Of a stretch of DNA of 64,000 nt, positions 9,037 to 19,844 are shown piece after piece (positions within the stretch are counted from its first letter, which is position 1; each line of letters begins with the position of its first letter). The DNA is taken from positions 30,709-94,708 of the forward strand of contig JAZREN010000060.1 of assembly GCA_045660825.1 (NCBI GenBank), written 5' to 3'. A program made the position numbers and the translations under genes. The notes under the pieces were generated by a model that did no database searches, had not been told where the DNA came from, and saw only the letters and a list, made by a program, of their open reading frames with translations. Origin of the DNA: Bacteroidaceae bacterium. Its GTDB lineage: Bacteria > Bacteroidota > Bacteroidia > Bacteroidales > Bacteroidaceae.

Positions 9037-11049
9037 ATGACAGACATAGGAATATTGGAAAAAGTCAAGGAAACCTACAAAGGAAGTTTCTTGGGCAAGG
9101 AGAGGAAAGACAGGAATATTGTCCGCGCAATTGCGCAGAACATCTTGTTATCATACCTCATACTCCTGCTGTGCCAGTTCGTTTTCTTCCTCGCCAACCG
9201 TGGTATGTACACTGGCAACAATGAGTGGTGGCTGATTCTGAAAGGCAACCTTGTATTTGCCACCACTGCCGTATGCTACATGAATGCACTCTACATTCTT
9301 CTTACCCTGTTCCCTTTGCATTTTAAAGAGGGCAATACAATGCAGGGAATTACAAAGTGGGCATTCATTATACCCAATGCCGCCGGAGTCATTGCCAACC
9401 TGTGTGACTGCATATATGTACGTTACACCGGACGAAGGACTACATGGGACATATTCAACGAATTCAGCAATGACGGCAACATAGGTAAGGTGATTTGTAT
9501 TGAAGTCATGCACAACCTGTGGCTTGTTCTAATTGGTATACTATTCATATATGCCTTATACAAGCTTTACACACCGGCATCAGAAGAGTTCAAGAAACGT
9601 CCACTAATCAAATACTACACTGTGCACACAGCACTGTTGGCACTGTGCATTGCGATCATAGTCATCGGCATACGCGGTGGCGTGGGCAAAAGCGTGCGCC
9701 CAATCACCCTGAGCAATGCCAATGCCTACGTCTCAACGCCAAGTGAAGCTACATTAGTGCTGAACACGCCGTTCTGCATCATAAGAACAGCAGGGCGCAA
9801 GCCTTTTGCACCCAAGAACTATTTTACCGGGATAGAACTTGACTCAATATACACTCCTGTACAACATTTCGGGCACAAAGCAGCAAACAAAAAGAATGTT
9901 GTAATACTTATTGTAGAGAGCTTTGGCAAGGAGTATATCGGTGCCTACAACCCACGCGAGAGCGGCAGCCTCACCCCATTCCTTGACAGCCTCATCAAAC
10001 AGAGCAAGAGCTATCTATACTCCTATGGCAACGGCAGGAAATCCATTGATGGAATGCCGTCGGTGCTGTCGGGCATACCAATGTTCGTCACTCCGTTCAT
10101 TTCCTCCTCGGCATCATTGAACGATGTCGGAGGCATTGCCGGTGAACTAAGGAAATTCGGCTACAACAGCGCATTCTTTCACGGAGCGCCTAATGGTTCC
10201 ATGGGATTCATGGCATATGCCAAGGCCAGCGGCTTCGACAGATATTACGGCATGACAGAATATTGCAACGATGAGAACCATAACGGGAAAGAGGATTTTG
10301 ATGGCACGTGGGCCATTTGGGACGAACCGTTCCTGCAATATTACGCAGAGTGCATGAGCGGAATGAAAGAGCCTTTCATCACGGCAATGTTCACAGCCTC
10401 ATCGCACCACCCATTCAATATCCCGCAGGAGTACAAGGATACATTCACCGCCGCCGGTGACCCATTCCTAAAGTGTGTGCAATACACGGACCACGCACTA
10501 CGACAGTTCTTCAACAACATCGAGGAAGAGCCATGGTACAGGAATACATTGTTCGTAATAACAGCCGACCACACGAACCATAGCATTGAAGAGCGTTACA
10601 GGACAGCGTCGGGCGAAATGGAGATTCCCATCATCTTTTTCTCACCTGAAGGCGAGGCGCCATTTGAAGCGGATATTGATACTACAACGATAGCACAACA
10701 GATAGACATCATGCCCACAGTGCTCGACCACTTAGGTTACGACAAGCCTTTTATTGCATTCGGTCAGAGCCTGATATCAACACCGTCACAGGAGAGTTTC
10801 GCTGTAAACTACGCCAACGAGGCATACAGATATTACAAAGGAGAACACATCTTGTTATACAACGGAGAAAGCGACGTACCTTTGTCAATGTTCAACCTGC
10901 GGAACGACATAATGATGAAGGAGAACATTCTTGGCAACAATAATGTTCAGAACGATATGATACGCGAACTGCAGGCCATCATACAACAATACATGAGCCG
11001 CATGACAAGCAACAGGCTGACAATAGAAAACGACACCATCAAAAAGTAA
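9037..11049 (+). CDS. LTA synthase family / sulfatase-like phosphotransferase, paralogue 2
   Basis: Same architecture as the preceding gene (N-terminal TM bundle, VESFGKE, SSHHPF, TADHTNH). Confidence 0.7.
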   Translation: MTDIGILEKVKETYKGSFLGKERKDRNIVRAIAQNILLSYLILLLCQFVFFLANRGMYTGNNEWWLILKGNLVFATTAVCYMNALYILLTLFPLHFKEGNTMQGITKWAFIIPNAAGVIANLCDCIYVRYTGRRTTWDIFNEFSNDGNIGKVICIEVMHNLWLVLIGILFIYALYKLYTPASEEFKKRPLIKYYTVHTALLALCIAIIVIGIRGGVGKSVRPITLSNANAYVSTPSEATLVLNTPFCIIRTAGRKPFAPKNYFTGIELDSIYTPVQHFGHKAANKKNVVILIVESFGKEYIGAYNPRESGSLTPFLDSLIKQSKSYLYSYGNGRKSIDGMPSVLSGIPMFVTPFISSSASLNDVGGIAGELRKFGYNSAFFHGAPNGSMGFMAYAKASGFDRYYGMTEYCNDENHNGKEDFDGTWAIWDEPFLQYYAECMSGMKEPFITAMFTASSHHPFNIPQEYKDTFTAAGDPFLKCVQYTDHALRQFFNNIEEEPWYRNTLFVITADHTNHSIEERYRTASGEMEIPIIFFSPEGEAPFEADIDTTTIAQQIDIMPTVLDHLGYDKPFIAFGQSLISTPSQESFAVNYANEAYRYYKGEHILLYNGESDVPLSMFNLRNDIMMKENILGNNNVQNDMIRELQAIIQQYMSRMTSNRLTIENDTIKK

Positions 11050-11054
11050 GGGAA

Positions 11055-11831
11055 ATGTCAACAACCATCTATCCATCACCCATATTCGGCCCTATAAAAA
11101 GCCGTAGACTTGGAATTTCATTAGGAATAAACCTGCTGCCCGACGACGGCAAGGTATGTACATTCGATTGCATATACTGCGAGTGCGGTCTTAATGCCAC
11201 AAGAAGGACAAAGAGTCCATTGCCCACACGCCGGAAGGTAGCCGCTGCACTTGAAAAGAAACTTCAGGAAATGAAGGAGTATGGCGAACTGCCCGATGTG
11301 CTCACATTCGCAGGTAACGGAGAGCCGACCATACACCCCCACTTTGGAGAAATAATTGATGACACCATTGCTTTGCGCGATAGGCTATGCCCGAATGCGA
11401 AGGTCAGCGTGCTCACCAACGCCACCCTAATAACCCGTGATACCGTTTTCGAAGCATTGAAAAAGGTAGACAACAACATTCTGAAGTTGGACACCATTGA
11501 CAGCGAATATATCTCAATCGTTGACCGTCCTACCGGGAAATATGATTTGGAAGCCATAATAGGCCGTTTGAAGGCCTTTGAAGGCAAGGCCGTGATACAG
11601 ACAATGTTCCTTAAGGGAGAGGTCGACGGCAGAAATGTCGACAACACCGGCGAAAGTTATGTGATGCCATGGATAGCGGCGGTGAAGGAGATTGCACCTC
11701 GCGAGGTGATGATATACACAATTGACCGCGAAACGCCCATAGGCACCCTGCAGAAAGCTACACGCGAGGAACTTGACAGGATTGTTGCACTGCTTGCTGA
11801 TGAGGGCATCAAGGCAACAGCGTCTTACTGA
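11055..11831 (+). CDS. Radical SAM protein
   Basis: CTFDCIYCECG provides the CxxxCxxC [4Fe-4S] motif near the N-terminus. A GNGEPT glycine-rich SAM motif is also present. Confidence 0.75.
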   Translation: MSTTIYPSPIFGPIKSRRLGISLGINLLPDDGKVCTFDCIYCECGLNATRRTKSPLPTRRKVAAALEKKLQEMKEYGELPDVLTFAGNGEPTIHPHFGEIIDDTIALRDRLCPNAKVSVLTNATLITRDTVFEALKKVDNNILKLDTIDSEYISIVDRPTGKYDLEAIIGRLKAFEGKAVIQTMFLKGEVDGRNVDNTGESYVMPWIAAVKEIAPREVMIYTIDRETPIGTLQKATREELDRIVALLADEGIKATASY

Positions 11832-11833
11832 AT

Positions 11834-12301
11834 TCAAGAGAGCAATCTTGATATACCATAATAAGAAATCGCAACAAAGGCATATCTTGCGAATTTACCA
11901 ATTGCCATTACAATGGAAACTTTATACTTGTCGACACGCATAATGCCCAAAGCGACGAGTATGGCCTCGCCTATTATTGGCATAAAGGACAAGACTGCAG
12001 CCCAATAACCATATCTTTGGATCAGAGAGTCGGCACGTTCCATTTTCTTGTCAGAGATGCGGAACACCCTCTTCACGGTTTGTTTGTCTGTAAGATAGCC
12101 CAACATGAAACAGGTGATGCCGCCCAATGTATTGCCCACTGTTGCTACAACAATGAGCCACATCGCATTCAGTCCCACGCCCAACAGCACAACCAACAGG
12201 GCCTCACTTGCTATAGGAATTATAGAACCCGACAAGAAGGAAAGCAAAGCCATTCCCCAATAGCCATAGTCCTTGAGGAAGTCTATCAGAGTTTCAACCA
12301 T
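11834..12301 (-). CDS. YqaA/VTT (DedA-related) family small membrane protein
   Basis: 155 aa with four hydrophobic segments. The N-terminus YGYWGMALLSFLSGSIIPIASEALL is typical of YqaA-like proteins. Confidence 0.55.
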   Translation of the reverse strand: MVETLIDFLKDYGYWGMALLSFLSGSIIPIASEALLVVLLGVGLNAMWLIVVATVGNTLGGITCFMLGYLTDKQTVKRVFRISDKKMERADSLIQRYGYWAAVLSFMPIIGEAILVALGIMRVDKYKVSIVMAIGKFARYAFVAISYYGISRLLS

Positions 12302-13236
12302 AACGTATGTGTTGCTATTGCAAGCATCATTGCATTTACAAGAACAAAGTACACGTTCGAAAGTTTAGTCTCCTTCATGGCAAAAAGATATGACGCCAGA
12401 ATTGCCACAAACGGCAGTTGGCACACATAGAAAAAAGCAGCCCCGCCGCCTACAAAGCAAAAGAGCAGCAACAGGTACATTTCTGCAACAATCACAAACG
12501 ACAGACGCCTACGCAACAGAGGTTTTGCCGGTGAAGCGCTGCCGACAAAAATGTATGTCGCAGGCAACAGCACCGCAAGAACAAAGACATGCAGCAGTAG
12601 ATTCAGGAGAGAGAATGACGGAAAATTCACATCAAACACCGTTACAAAGCCGGCTATCACAGGTTCCAGCAACACATCTACACGCGGGAACACATATGCT
12701 ATTCCAAACACAAGCCAGAATGGAGTTGCCAGACCAAGCAGCGAAGCCGCCACACCTCTTGGCGAGAAAGTATTGGTTATGGAGCAGAACAAGAGATAAA
12801 GCGGGATTAAGTAGAGCGAATATGGTGTTACAAAGCACAACACTCCCAAAAGCATAAACGCAGTATAGAAAAGCCCCACGGGATTTGCACTGTACTGGCA
12901 GAACAGCAACAGCATCACTGAAACCATGAAAAGTAACGACGCGAATGCAACGGACACATCTCCGTTCACAAACGTCGACAGAGCAGCGAACCATAGATAG
13001 AGAGCACCTTTCCACTTGACACTGCGGTCAAAGAATGTCTGCCGGGAGAGCAGTACTGCAGCAAAGACATATAACAGGAGCGACAGCAGATGCATCGGGA
13101 AACCACCGTCTGATGCCTCCACAACAAAGGACACGGCAGGTTCAGGCAACCAATAGGCCGCCAACATAACCAACATCGACAGCACAAACAGTACCGTCGA
13201 TGTATATCTGCCCGAAGCAAAAGAGCCTTGTAACAT
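12286..13236 (-). CDS. Polytopic membrane protein of unknown function
   Basis: 316 aa, about 9 predicted TM helices, no recognisable catalytic motif. Overlaps the downstream yqaA-like start by 16 nt. Confidence 0.5.
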   Translation of the reverse strand: MLQGSFASGRYTSTVLFVLSMLVMLAAYWLPEPAVSFVVEASDGGFPMHLLSLLLYVFAAVLLSRQTFFDRSVKWKGALYLWFAALSTFVNGDVSVAFASLLFMVSVMLLLFCQYSANPVGLFYTAFMLLGVLCFVTPYSLYLIPLYLLFCSITNTFSPRGVAASLLGLATPFWLVFGIAYVFPRVDVLLEPVIAGFVTVFDVNFPSFSLLNLLLHVFVLAVLLPATYIFVGSASPAKPLLRRRLSFVIVAEMYLLLLFCFVGGGAAFFYVCQLPFVAILASYLFAMKETKLSNVYFVLVNAMMLAIATHTLWLKL

Positions 13237-13245
13237 CCTTGATTA

Positions 13246-14514
13246 TTACAAATCGAAACCGATATCGCCTCTGAAATACTTCTTCTCGTATTTGATAGCA
13301 TTTGCCGAACGGAAAGAGCGCTCGAGAGCCTCCTCACGTGTAGCGCCATACGAAACCGCAGCAATGACACGGCCACCGGCAGTGACTACCTTGCCTTCCT
13401 TTTCAGTTGTACCGGCGTGGAACAGTATGCTGTCCTTCACATCCTCAAAACCTGTCATCTCAAAGCCCTTGTCGTAGTGCTCGGGGTAACCTCCGGATAC
13501 AAGCATCACACACACGGCGTTGCGCTCATCGAACTCAACGGTTGTTCCGGCCAAAGTGCCTGCAGCAACCTTTTCAAACAGTTCAACGATATCGCTCTTG
13601 AGGCGCAGCATAACCGACTCTGTCTCGGGGTCACCCATGCGCACATTGTACTCGATGACCATTGGCTCACCCTCAACGTTTATAAGACCGAAGAAGATGA
13701 AACCCTTATAGAGGAGATTATCCTTTACAAGACCATCCACTGTAGGCTTGATGATTCTATCCTCAACTTTCTTCATCCACTCCTTTGTCGCGAATGGAAC
13801 GGGAGAGATTGAACCCATACCACCGGTATTCAAGCCTGTATTGCCCTCACCTATGCGCTTGTAATCCTTGGCTTCGGGCAGGATTACATAATCCTTGCCG
13901 TCTGTGAGCACGAATACCGAGCACTCGATACCATCAAGGAACTCCTCAATGACAACAGTTGCCGATGAGTCACCGAACATACCGTCGAGCATCTCATCGA
14001 GGCTGCTCTTTGCCTCCTCCAATGTAGGAACAATGAGCACACCCTTACCGGCACACAAGCCATCGGCCTTGAGGACATAAGGAGCCTTCAAGCCCTCGAG
14101 GAAACGGTAAGCCTCCTCTTTCTGCGCTGCAGTGAAAGCCTTGTATGCAGCAGTAGGGATATTATGGCGCTCCATGAAATCTTTCGCGAAGCTCTTACTA
14201 CCCTCAAGTTCGGCAGCACCCTTAGTGGGACCTATTACCGCAATATTCTTTAGTCGCTCATCGGCTGCAAAATAGTCATATACGCCCTTCACCAATGGAT
14301 CCTCGGGACCTACAACCACCATTGAAACGTTATTTGCAAGAACAAACTCGGCAATGGCATCGAAATCGCACACTGCAATGTTGACATTCTCGCCAACCTC
14401 CTTCGTTCCGGCATTACCCGGAGCTATATACAACTTGTCGACTTTAGGACTCTGTGCTATTTTCCATGCGAGAGCGTGCTCACGGCCACCGCTACCCAAA
14501 AGTAATATGTTCAT
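13246..14514 (-). CDS. purD: Phosphoribosylamine--glycine ligase
   Basis: [25 protein letters not shown]... with an ATP-grasp core, 422 aa. Confidence 0.95.
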   Translation of the reverse strand: MNILLLGSGGREHALAWKIAQSPKVDKLYIAPGNAGTKEVGENVNIAVCDFDAIAEFVLANNVSMVVVGPEDPLVKGVYDYFAADERLKNIAVIGPTKGAAELEGSKSFAKDFMERHNIPTAAYKAFTAAQKEEAYRFLEGLKAPYVLKADGLCAGKGVLIVPTLEEAKSSLDEMLDGMFGDSSATVVIEEFLDGIECSVFVLTDGKDYVILPEAKDYKRIGEGNTGLNTGGMGSISPVPFATKEWMKKVEDRIIKPTVDGLVKDNLLYKGFIFFGLINVEGEPMVIEYNVRMGDPETESVMLRLKSDIVELFEKVAAGTLAGTTVEFDERNAVCVMLVSGGYPEHYDKGFEMTGFEDVKDSILFHAGTTEKEGKVVTAGGRVIAAVSYGATREEALERSFRSANAIKYEKKYFRGDIGFDL

Positions 14515-14540
14515 ATCGTATAAATTTATTTGCTTTTAAG

Positions 14541-16229
14541 TTACTTATCGTCTCTCTTGCCCTTACCGCCACGCAATGGTTTGAAACCGTTCTTGTAGGG
14601 TGACTGACCTTTGCCGGCACCCTTACGTTCAAATGGTTTGCGGCCACCTGCCGGGTTCTTGCCTCCTTCGCGGTTCTCGCGTGGAGTACGACGTTCCTCG
14701 CGACGTTCACGGCCTTCGCGTGGAGTGAAGCGTTCCTCGCGACGTTCACCACGTGGAGCACGGCGGTCGTCACGGCCACGACCTTCGCGTGAGGCGAAAC
14801 GGTCATCGCGACGGTTTTCGCGTGGAGCACCACCCTCGCGGCGTTCTCTTCTCTCGCCTTCGCCCTCTGTCCGCTCTCTTCTTGCAGGTTTTCTGCGAGC
14901 CTTGCTGAAGTATGCCTCAAGCTCGCGACGACGACGCATTGACTCGTCATCGATCTCACTTGAGTAGTTGGCATCGTTATTCTGGTTCTTTGCAGCACGC
15001 TCTGTACGTGTCTCACCATCAAGACCGGTGAGACGCGACTGACGCTTCAATGGAGCGTAATCTTTCTTCAACTCATTACCCTCGCCGCGGAAACCTTTGT
15101 ACTTGCCCTGGAAAAGCTCATACTTGCGGAATTCGCAATCGAGGTCACCATTGAACAGAGGTATTCTTGCCGAAGCCTTGAGACCAATCTGGTCAAAGCA
15201 GTCGTAGTTATTGCTGATTACCCAGGCCACATTCCCCTGGAACGCGTGCTTCAGGCGCGCACCAAGATCCTTGTACACCTGGAGCAGTTTGTCGGGGACA
15301 AGACGCTCGCCATAAGGTGGATTTACAATCATGATTGCGGGTTCAGAATGTTCCTCGAAATCCTTGATGTCGCGGCACTCAATCTCAATGCACTCGTTCA
15401 TCATCGCCGATTTCACATTGCGACGTGCGCAAGCCACCATGCGGCCATCAACATCGTAACCATAGATCTTATGCTTGAATTCACGCTCGGCCGAGTCATC
15501 CTCATAGATTGACTTGAAGAGCGCGCTGTCATAATCCTTCCATTTCTCAAATGCATAGCCCTGACGGAACACGCCTGGAGCGATGTTGCGTGCAATGAGC
15601 GCAGCCTCGATGGGCAATGTTCCCGAGCCGCACATAGGATCGATGAAATCGCACTCACCATGCCAGTTTGTGAGCATAATCATGCCGGCCGCAAGAACCT
15701 CGTTGATTGGTGCACGACCGGTCTCAACGCGGTATCCGCGACGGTGAAGCGACTCGCCCGAACTATCGAGTGCGAGGGTACACTCCTCGCCAGCGATGTG
15801 TATGTGGAAGATGAGGTCGGGGTTGTTGAGACGTACCGACGGACGCTCGCCATACTTTTCATTGAAGTAATCGGCAATGGCATCCTTGACACGGTAGGCA
15901 ACGAACTTGGAATGACGGAACACCTCGCTGTATACAACAGAATCCACTGAGAATGTAGAGGTTGTATCAAGGTACTGTTCCCAATCGAAAGCCTTCACAG
16001 CCTCATACACCTCGTCGGCATTGGTAGCCTTGAAGTGGAGGAATGGTTTCAATATACGCACGGCTGTCCTCAAGTGGAAATTCGCCTTGTACATCATCTC
16101 CTTGTCACCGGTAAAAGATACCATGCGACGGCCAATCTGCACATTATTTGCACCCAATGCAACCAACTCCTTTGCCAAGACCTCTTCCAAACCCTGGAAG
16201 GTCTTTGCTATCATTTCAAATTCACCCAT
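14541..16229 (-). CDS. THUMP-domain class I SAM-dependent RNA methyltransferase (RlmL/K-like) with a ~170-aa Arg/Glu/Gly-rich C-terminal tail
   Basis: The N-terminal region (FQGLEEVLAKELVALGA...) is read as THUMP-like. Methyltransferase motifs DPMCGSGTLPIEAA and IVNPPYGERL are present. The tail is RRERTEGEGERRERREGGAPRENRRDDRFASREGRGRDDRRAPRGERREERFTPREGRERREERRTPRENREGG.... The start was trimmed to the ATG at 16229 (MGEFEMIAKTF). Confidence 0.8.
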   Translation of the reverse strand: MGEFEMIAKTFQGLEEVLAKELVALGANNVQIGRRMVSFTGDKEMMYKANFHLRTAVRILKPFLHFKATNADEVYEAVKAFDWEQYLDTTSTFSVDSVVYSEVFRHSKFVAYRVKDAIADYFNEKYGERPSVRLNNPDLIFHIHIAGEECTLALDSSGESLHRRGYRVETGRAPINEVLAAGMIMLTNWHGECDFIDPMCGSGTLPIEAALIARNIAPGVFRQGYAFEKWKDYDSALFKSIYEDDSAEREFKHKIYGYDVDGRMVACARRNVKSAMMNECIEIECRDIKDFEEHSEPAIMIVNPPYGERLVPDKLLQVYKDLGARLKHAFQGNVAWVISNNYDCFDQIGLKASARIPLFNGDLDCEFRKYELFQGKYKGFRGEGNELKKDYAPLKRQSRLTGLDGETRTERAAKNQNNDANYSSEIDDESMRRRRELEAYFSKARRKPARRERTEGEGERRERREGGAPRENRRDDRFASREGRGRDDRRAPRGERREERFTPREGRERREERRTPRENREGGKNPAGGRKPFERKGAGKGQSPYKNGFKPLRGGKGKRDDK

Positions 16230-16374
16230 AATGTAATAAAAATAAACTTGGGAACTCCCCCTATAAATATTATGCAAAGGAACAAAAAAAAGCAATGCAA
16301 ATCAATAAAAGGGGTTGATATTTGCGATTATTTGGGTTACATTTGCGCTCCCAATCAAAAACACTTTTCCAACA

Positions 16375-17352
16375 ATGAAAAACAAGATACATATTTCGTC
16401 GTTCATCATATTCATTTCATTGGTTTGCATTGCCATCTTTTTCTCAAGCAACAAGGTACAGGAGCCACAAAAAGATGGCGATATTGAGCGCAGGATAGCC
16501 AATGTATTCCCGCCCGAAATACCCACAAGCATAGTATTTGCCGGTGACACCATAGACCTCACCCTGCAGGACCGCCGCGAACGCATGGACAAGGAGATGC
16601 TGTCGTTCACATATTCACACATAAACACCACGCTCATCATCAAGCGCGCGAACCGTCTTTTCCCAGATATTGAGCCCATCCTTGAAGAGTGCGGCCTGCC
16701 CGATGATTTCAAGTACCTGATGATTATTGAAAGCAACGGCGATCCCGAAGCCATTTCACCATCCAAAGCCGGTGGATTGTGGCAGTTCCTTGAGAAGACC
16801 GGACGCGAGTACGGGCTCGAAGTCACCGAGGAGATTGACGAGCGCTACCACACCGAGAAGGCCACACGCGCTGCGTGCAAATACCTGAAAGAATCATATG
16901 AAGCCTATGGCGACTGGCTCACCGTAGCCGCAAGCTACAACACCGGACGTGCCAATGTCGCCAAGCGCCGGGAGAAACAGAAGGAAGAGAATGCCATTGA
17001 CCTTGTTCTGCCCAACGAGACATCACGATACATATTCCGCCTGATGGCTGTAAAGACAATATTTGAATGCCCCGCGAAATATGGTTTCATACTGCGCGGC
17101 AGTGACCTTTACCCCATCATTCCCATTGAGCGCGAGGTCACAGTAAGCAGCGCGACAATCGATTGGGCTGACTTTGCAAAAAAGCATGGACTTACATTCC
17201 AGCAGCTGCGCGAGGCGAACCATTGGATAAGACGCACCACACTGACTAACAAGACCGGCAAGAGCTACAAGGTACAGATTCCCGACAAGAACGCACTGCG
17301 CTACAACCCTGCAGACACAAAAGCGCACAACCCCAATTGGGTTGTTGAATAG
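16375..17352 (+). CDS. Lytic transglycosylase (SLT domain, MltD-like) with a LysM-like C-terminus
   Basis: Carries the SLT catalytic signature IIESNGDPEAISPSKAGGLWQF. Signal/anchor MKNKIHISSFIIFISLVCIAIFF begins at the ATG at 16375. Confidence 0.75.
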   Translation: MKNKIHISSFIIFISLVCIAIFFSSNKVQEPQKDGDIERRIANVFPPEIPTSIVFAGDTIDLTLQDRRERMDKEMLSFTYSHINTTLIIKRANRLFPDIEPILEECGLPDDFKYLMIIESNGDPEAISPSKAGGLWQFLEKTGREYGLEVTEEIDERYHTEKATRAACKYLKESYEAYGDWLTVAASYNTGRANVAKRREKQKEENAIDLVLPNETSRYIFRLMAVKTIFECPAKYGFILRGSDLYPIIPIEREVTVSSATIDWADFAKKHGLTFQQLREANHWIRRTTLTNKTGKSYKVQIPDKNALRYNPADTKAHNPNWVVE

Positions 17353-17377
17353 AGATCAAGCGGATTAAACACAACAG

Positions 17378-17406
17378 AAAAGGACGCCCTTTTGGAGCGT
17401 CCTTTA
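17378..17406. terminator. Bidirectional hairpin between convergent genes
   Basis: aaaggacgc-cctttttgga-type loop-gcgtccttt: a 9-bp stem flanked by an A-run and a T-run, between the transglycosylase and rubrerythrin stops. Confidence 0.6.
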
Positions 17407-17427
17407 TGTTTGTTGAAAACCTTATAA

Positions 17428-17967
17428 TCAATAATTCTCTGGCTTCAATTGGAAGTATGCCTTTGGATGCACGCATACAGGGCAAACCTCGGGAGCCATC
17501 TTGCCAATGTGCAAGTGACCACAGTTGCGGCACTGCCAGATACAGTCCTTGTCGCGGCTGAACACAAGGCCATTCTGCACGTTCTCGAGCAACTTCTTGT
17601 AACGGTCCTCGTGCACCTTCTCAACCTTTGCCACAGCCTCGAACATTGCAGCTATCTCAACGAAGCCCTCTTCGCGAGCCTCCTTTGCCATTGTTGGATA
17701 CATATCAGTCCACTCATAGTTCTCACCTGCAGCTGCGTCCACCAAGTTCTCGGCTGTGCTACCGATGCCGTGTACAAGCTTGAACCACAATTTTGCATGC
17801 TCCTTCTCCTGGTCGGCTGTCTCCTGGAAGATTGCTGCCATCTGCTCAAAACCATCCTTTTTAGCCTTGCTTGCGTAGTATGTATACTTGTTACGCGCCT
17901 GGCTCTCACCTGCAAAAGCTGCCCAAAGGTTAGCTTCGGTCTTTGTTCCTTTCAATGATTTATCCAT
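17428..17967 (-). CDS. rbr: Rubrerythrin
   Basis: Has the ferritin-like diiron N-domain ([26 protein letters not shown]) and a C-terminal rubredoxin-like CRNCG...CPVC. Confidence 0.93.
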   Translation of the reverse strand: MDKSLKGTKTEANLWAAFAGESQARNKYTYYASKAKKDGFEQMAAIFQETADQEKEHAKLWFKLVHGIGSTAENLVDAAAGENYEWTDMYPTMAKEAREEGFVEIAAMFEAVAKVEKVHEDRYKKLLENVQNGLVFSRDKDCIWQCRNCGHLHIGKMAPEVCPVCVHPKAYFQLKPENY

Positions 17968-18061
17968 AGTTGTTTTTTTGTTAAAATTGTTAATACGATT
18001 TTCTTCTGCAATTATCTTAATTTTCTTCCAAACGGCAAAGACATTCTGCCACTTTTTTTAT

Positions 18062-18101
18062 TAAAAAAAACAAAAAGAACGTCCCTTTGTTCAAAGAGAC
18101 G
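18062..18101 (-). terminator. Rho-independent terminator after the fumarase gene
   Basis: The stem cgtcccttt/aaagagacg has one mismatch and a gttc loop. On the minus strand it is followed by TTCTTTTTGTTTTTTTT. Confidence 0.6.
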
Positions 18102-18125
18102 CCCTTTAATACATATATAGAGTGA

Positions 18126-19769
18126 TTATTTCAAACAGCTGCAACGTGGCTTGATCTGCTTGAAGAAATCGTTACCCTTGTCATCAACAAGGATGAATGC
18201 AGGGAAGTCCTCAACCTCAATCTTCCAGATTGCCTCCATACCTAACTCGGGGTACTCAACGCACTCGATACTCTTGATATTGTTCTGTGCAAGGATAGCT
18301 GCAGGACCACCGATTGAACCAAGGTAGAAACCAGCGTGCTTCTGGCAAGCGTCGGTTACCTGCTGCCTGCGGTTACCCTTTGCAAGCATAATCATTGAAC
18401 CACCGTTCTCTTGGAACAGGTCAACATATGAATCCATGCGACCTGCCGTTGTGGGGCCCATAGAACCGCAAGGCATGCCGGCAGGAGTCTTTGCAGGACC
18501 TGCGTAGTAGATTGGGTGATCCTTGATGTACTGTGGAAGACCCTCGCCACGGTCGATGCGCTCTTTGAGCTTTGCGTGAGCAATGTCACGGCCAACAATG
18601 ATTGTACCGTTGAGTGAAAGACGTGTAGCGATTGGGTACTGTGAAAGCTGGGCACAAACCTCTTTCATTGGGCGATTGAGGTCAACGCGTACAATCTCGC
18701 CCTCGCCAGCGTTACGCAATGCCTCGGGGATGAGTGTTGCTGGCTGGTCATCGAGTTTCTCAATCCAAAGACCGTCCTTGTTGATCTTGGCCTTGATATT
18801 ACGGTCGGCAGAGCAGCTCACGCCCATACCTACAGGACAACTTGCACCGTGACGTGGCAAACGTACCACGCGGATATCGTGTGCAAGATACTTGCCACCG
18901 AACTGTGCACCCAAGCCGATGTTGTGAGCCTCCTTGAGCAACTGCTCCTCGAGCTCGATGTCGCGGAATGCACGGCCTGTCTCATCACCTGTTGTCGGCA
19001 GGTCATCATAGTAGTGTGTTGAAGCGAGTTTCACTGTGTGAAGGTTCTTCTCGGCCGATGTACCACCGATAACGAATGCAATGTGATAGGGAGGACAAGC
19101 TGCCGTACCCAGGCTCTTCATCTTCTCAACGAGGAATGGAACGAGAGTAGCAGGATTCAAGAGAGCCTTTGTCTCCTGGTAGAGATATGTTTTGTTGGCA
19201 GAACCACCACCCTTTGTAACCATGAGGAACTTGTACTCCATGCCCTCGGTCGCCTCAATGTCAATCTGCGCAGGGAGGTTGCACTTTGTGTTCACCTCAT
19301 CATACATGTTGAGCGGAGCGTTCTGGCTGTAACGAAGATTCTCCTGTGTGTATGTATCGAACACACCACGTGAGAGAGCCTCCTCGTCGCAGAAACCAGT
19401 CCATACCTGCTGACCCTTCTCGCCATGGATGATTGCTGTACCTGTATCCTGGCACAATGGGAGCTGACCTTTGCAAGCCACCTCGGCATTGCGGAGAAAG
19501 GTAAGTGCTACATACTTGTCGTTGTCGCTTGCCTCGGGGTCGTTCAAAATCTTTGCAACCTGCTCGTTGTGAGCACGGCGCAACATGAACGATACATCGC
19601 GGAATGCAGTGCGTGACAAGAGTGTCAAAGCCTCTGGAGTTACTTTCAGGATTGGTTTACCCTCAAACTCGCCCACAGAAACACCCTCTTTTGTCAAGAG
19701 ATAATACTCTGTTGTGTCCTTTCCATGCTGGAACATGTGGGCATACTTGAATTCAGGAATTGCTGCCAT
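18126..19769 (-). CDS. fumB: Class I (Fe-S, fused alpha/beta) fumarate hydratase
   Basis: About 547 aa, with [19 protein letters not shown] and C-terminal GPTTAGRMD motifs of FumA/FumB-type enzymes. The ATG (MAAIPEF) is at 19769; the track start 19778 is a TTG. Confidence 0.9.
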   Translation of the reverse strand: MAAIPEFKYAHMFQHGKDTTEYYLLTKEGVSVGEFEGKPILKVTPEALTLLSRTAFRDVSFMLRRAHNEQVAKILNDPEASDNDKYVALTFLRNAEVACKGQLPLCQDTGTAIIHGEKGQQVWTGFCDEEALSRGVFDTYTQENLRYSQNAPLNMYDEVNTKCNLPAQIDIEATEGMEYKFLMVTKGGGSANKTYLYQETKALLNPATLVPFLVEKMKSLGTAACPPYHIAFVIGGTSAEKNLHTVKLASTHYYDDLPTTGDETGRAFRDIELEEQLLKEAHNIGLGAQFGGKYLAHDIRVVRLPRHGASCPVGMGVSCSADRNIKAKINKDGLWIEKLDDQPATLIPEALRNAGEGEIVRVDLNRPMKEVCAQLSQYPIATRLSLNGTIIVGRDIAHAKLKERIDRGEGLPQYIKDHPIYYAGPAKTPAGMPCGSMGPTTAGRMDSYVDLFQENGGSMIMLAKGNRRQQVTDACQKHAGFYLGSIGGPAAILAQNNIKSIECVEYPELGMEAIWKIEVEDFPAFILVDDKGNDFFKQIKPRCSCLK

Positions 19770-19844
19770 AGTTTTCAATGGTTTTTATATTGTTAGTATT
19801 GTATTTTCGTACTCTTTTAAATCAGTTCATTTTTTGCATCCCAG

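Noticed and set aside
14611-14967. A 118-aa Arg/Ser/Pro-rich plus-strand ORF.
   Set aside because: It is the mirror image of the Arg/Glu-rich repeat tail of the methyltransferase. Low-complexity GC-rich repeats are stop-free on both strands.
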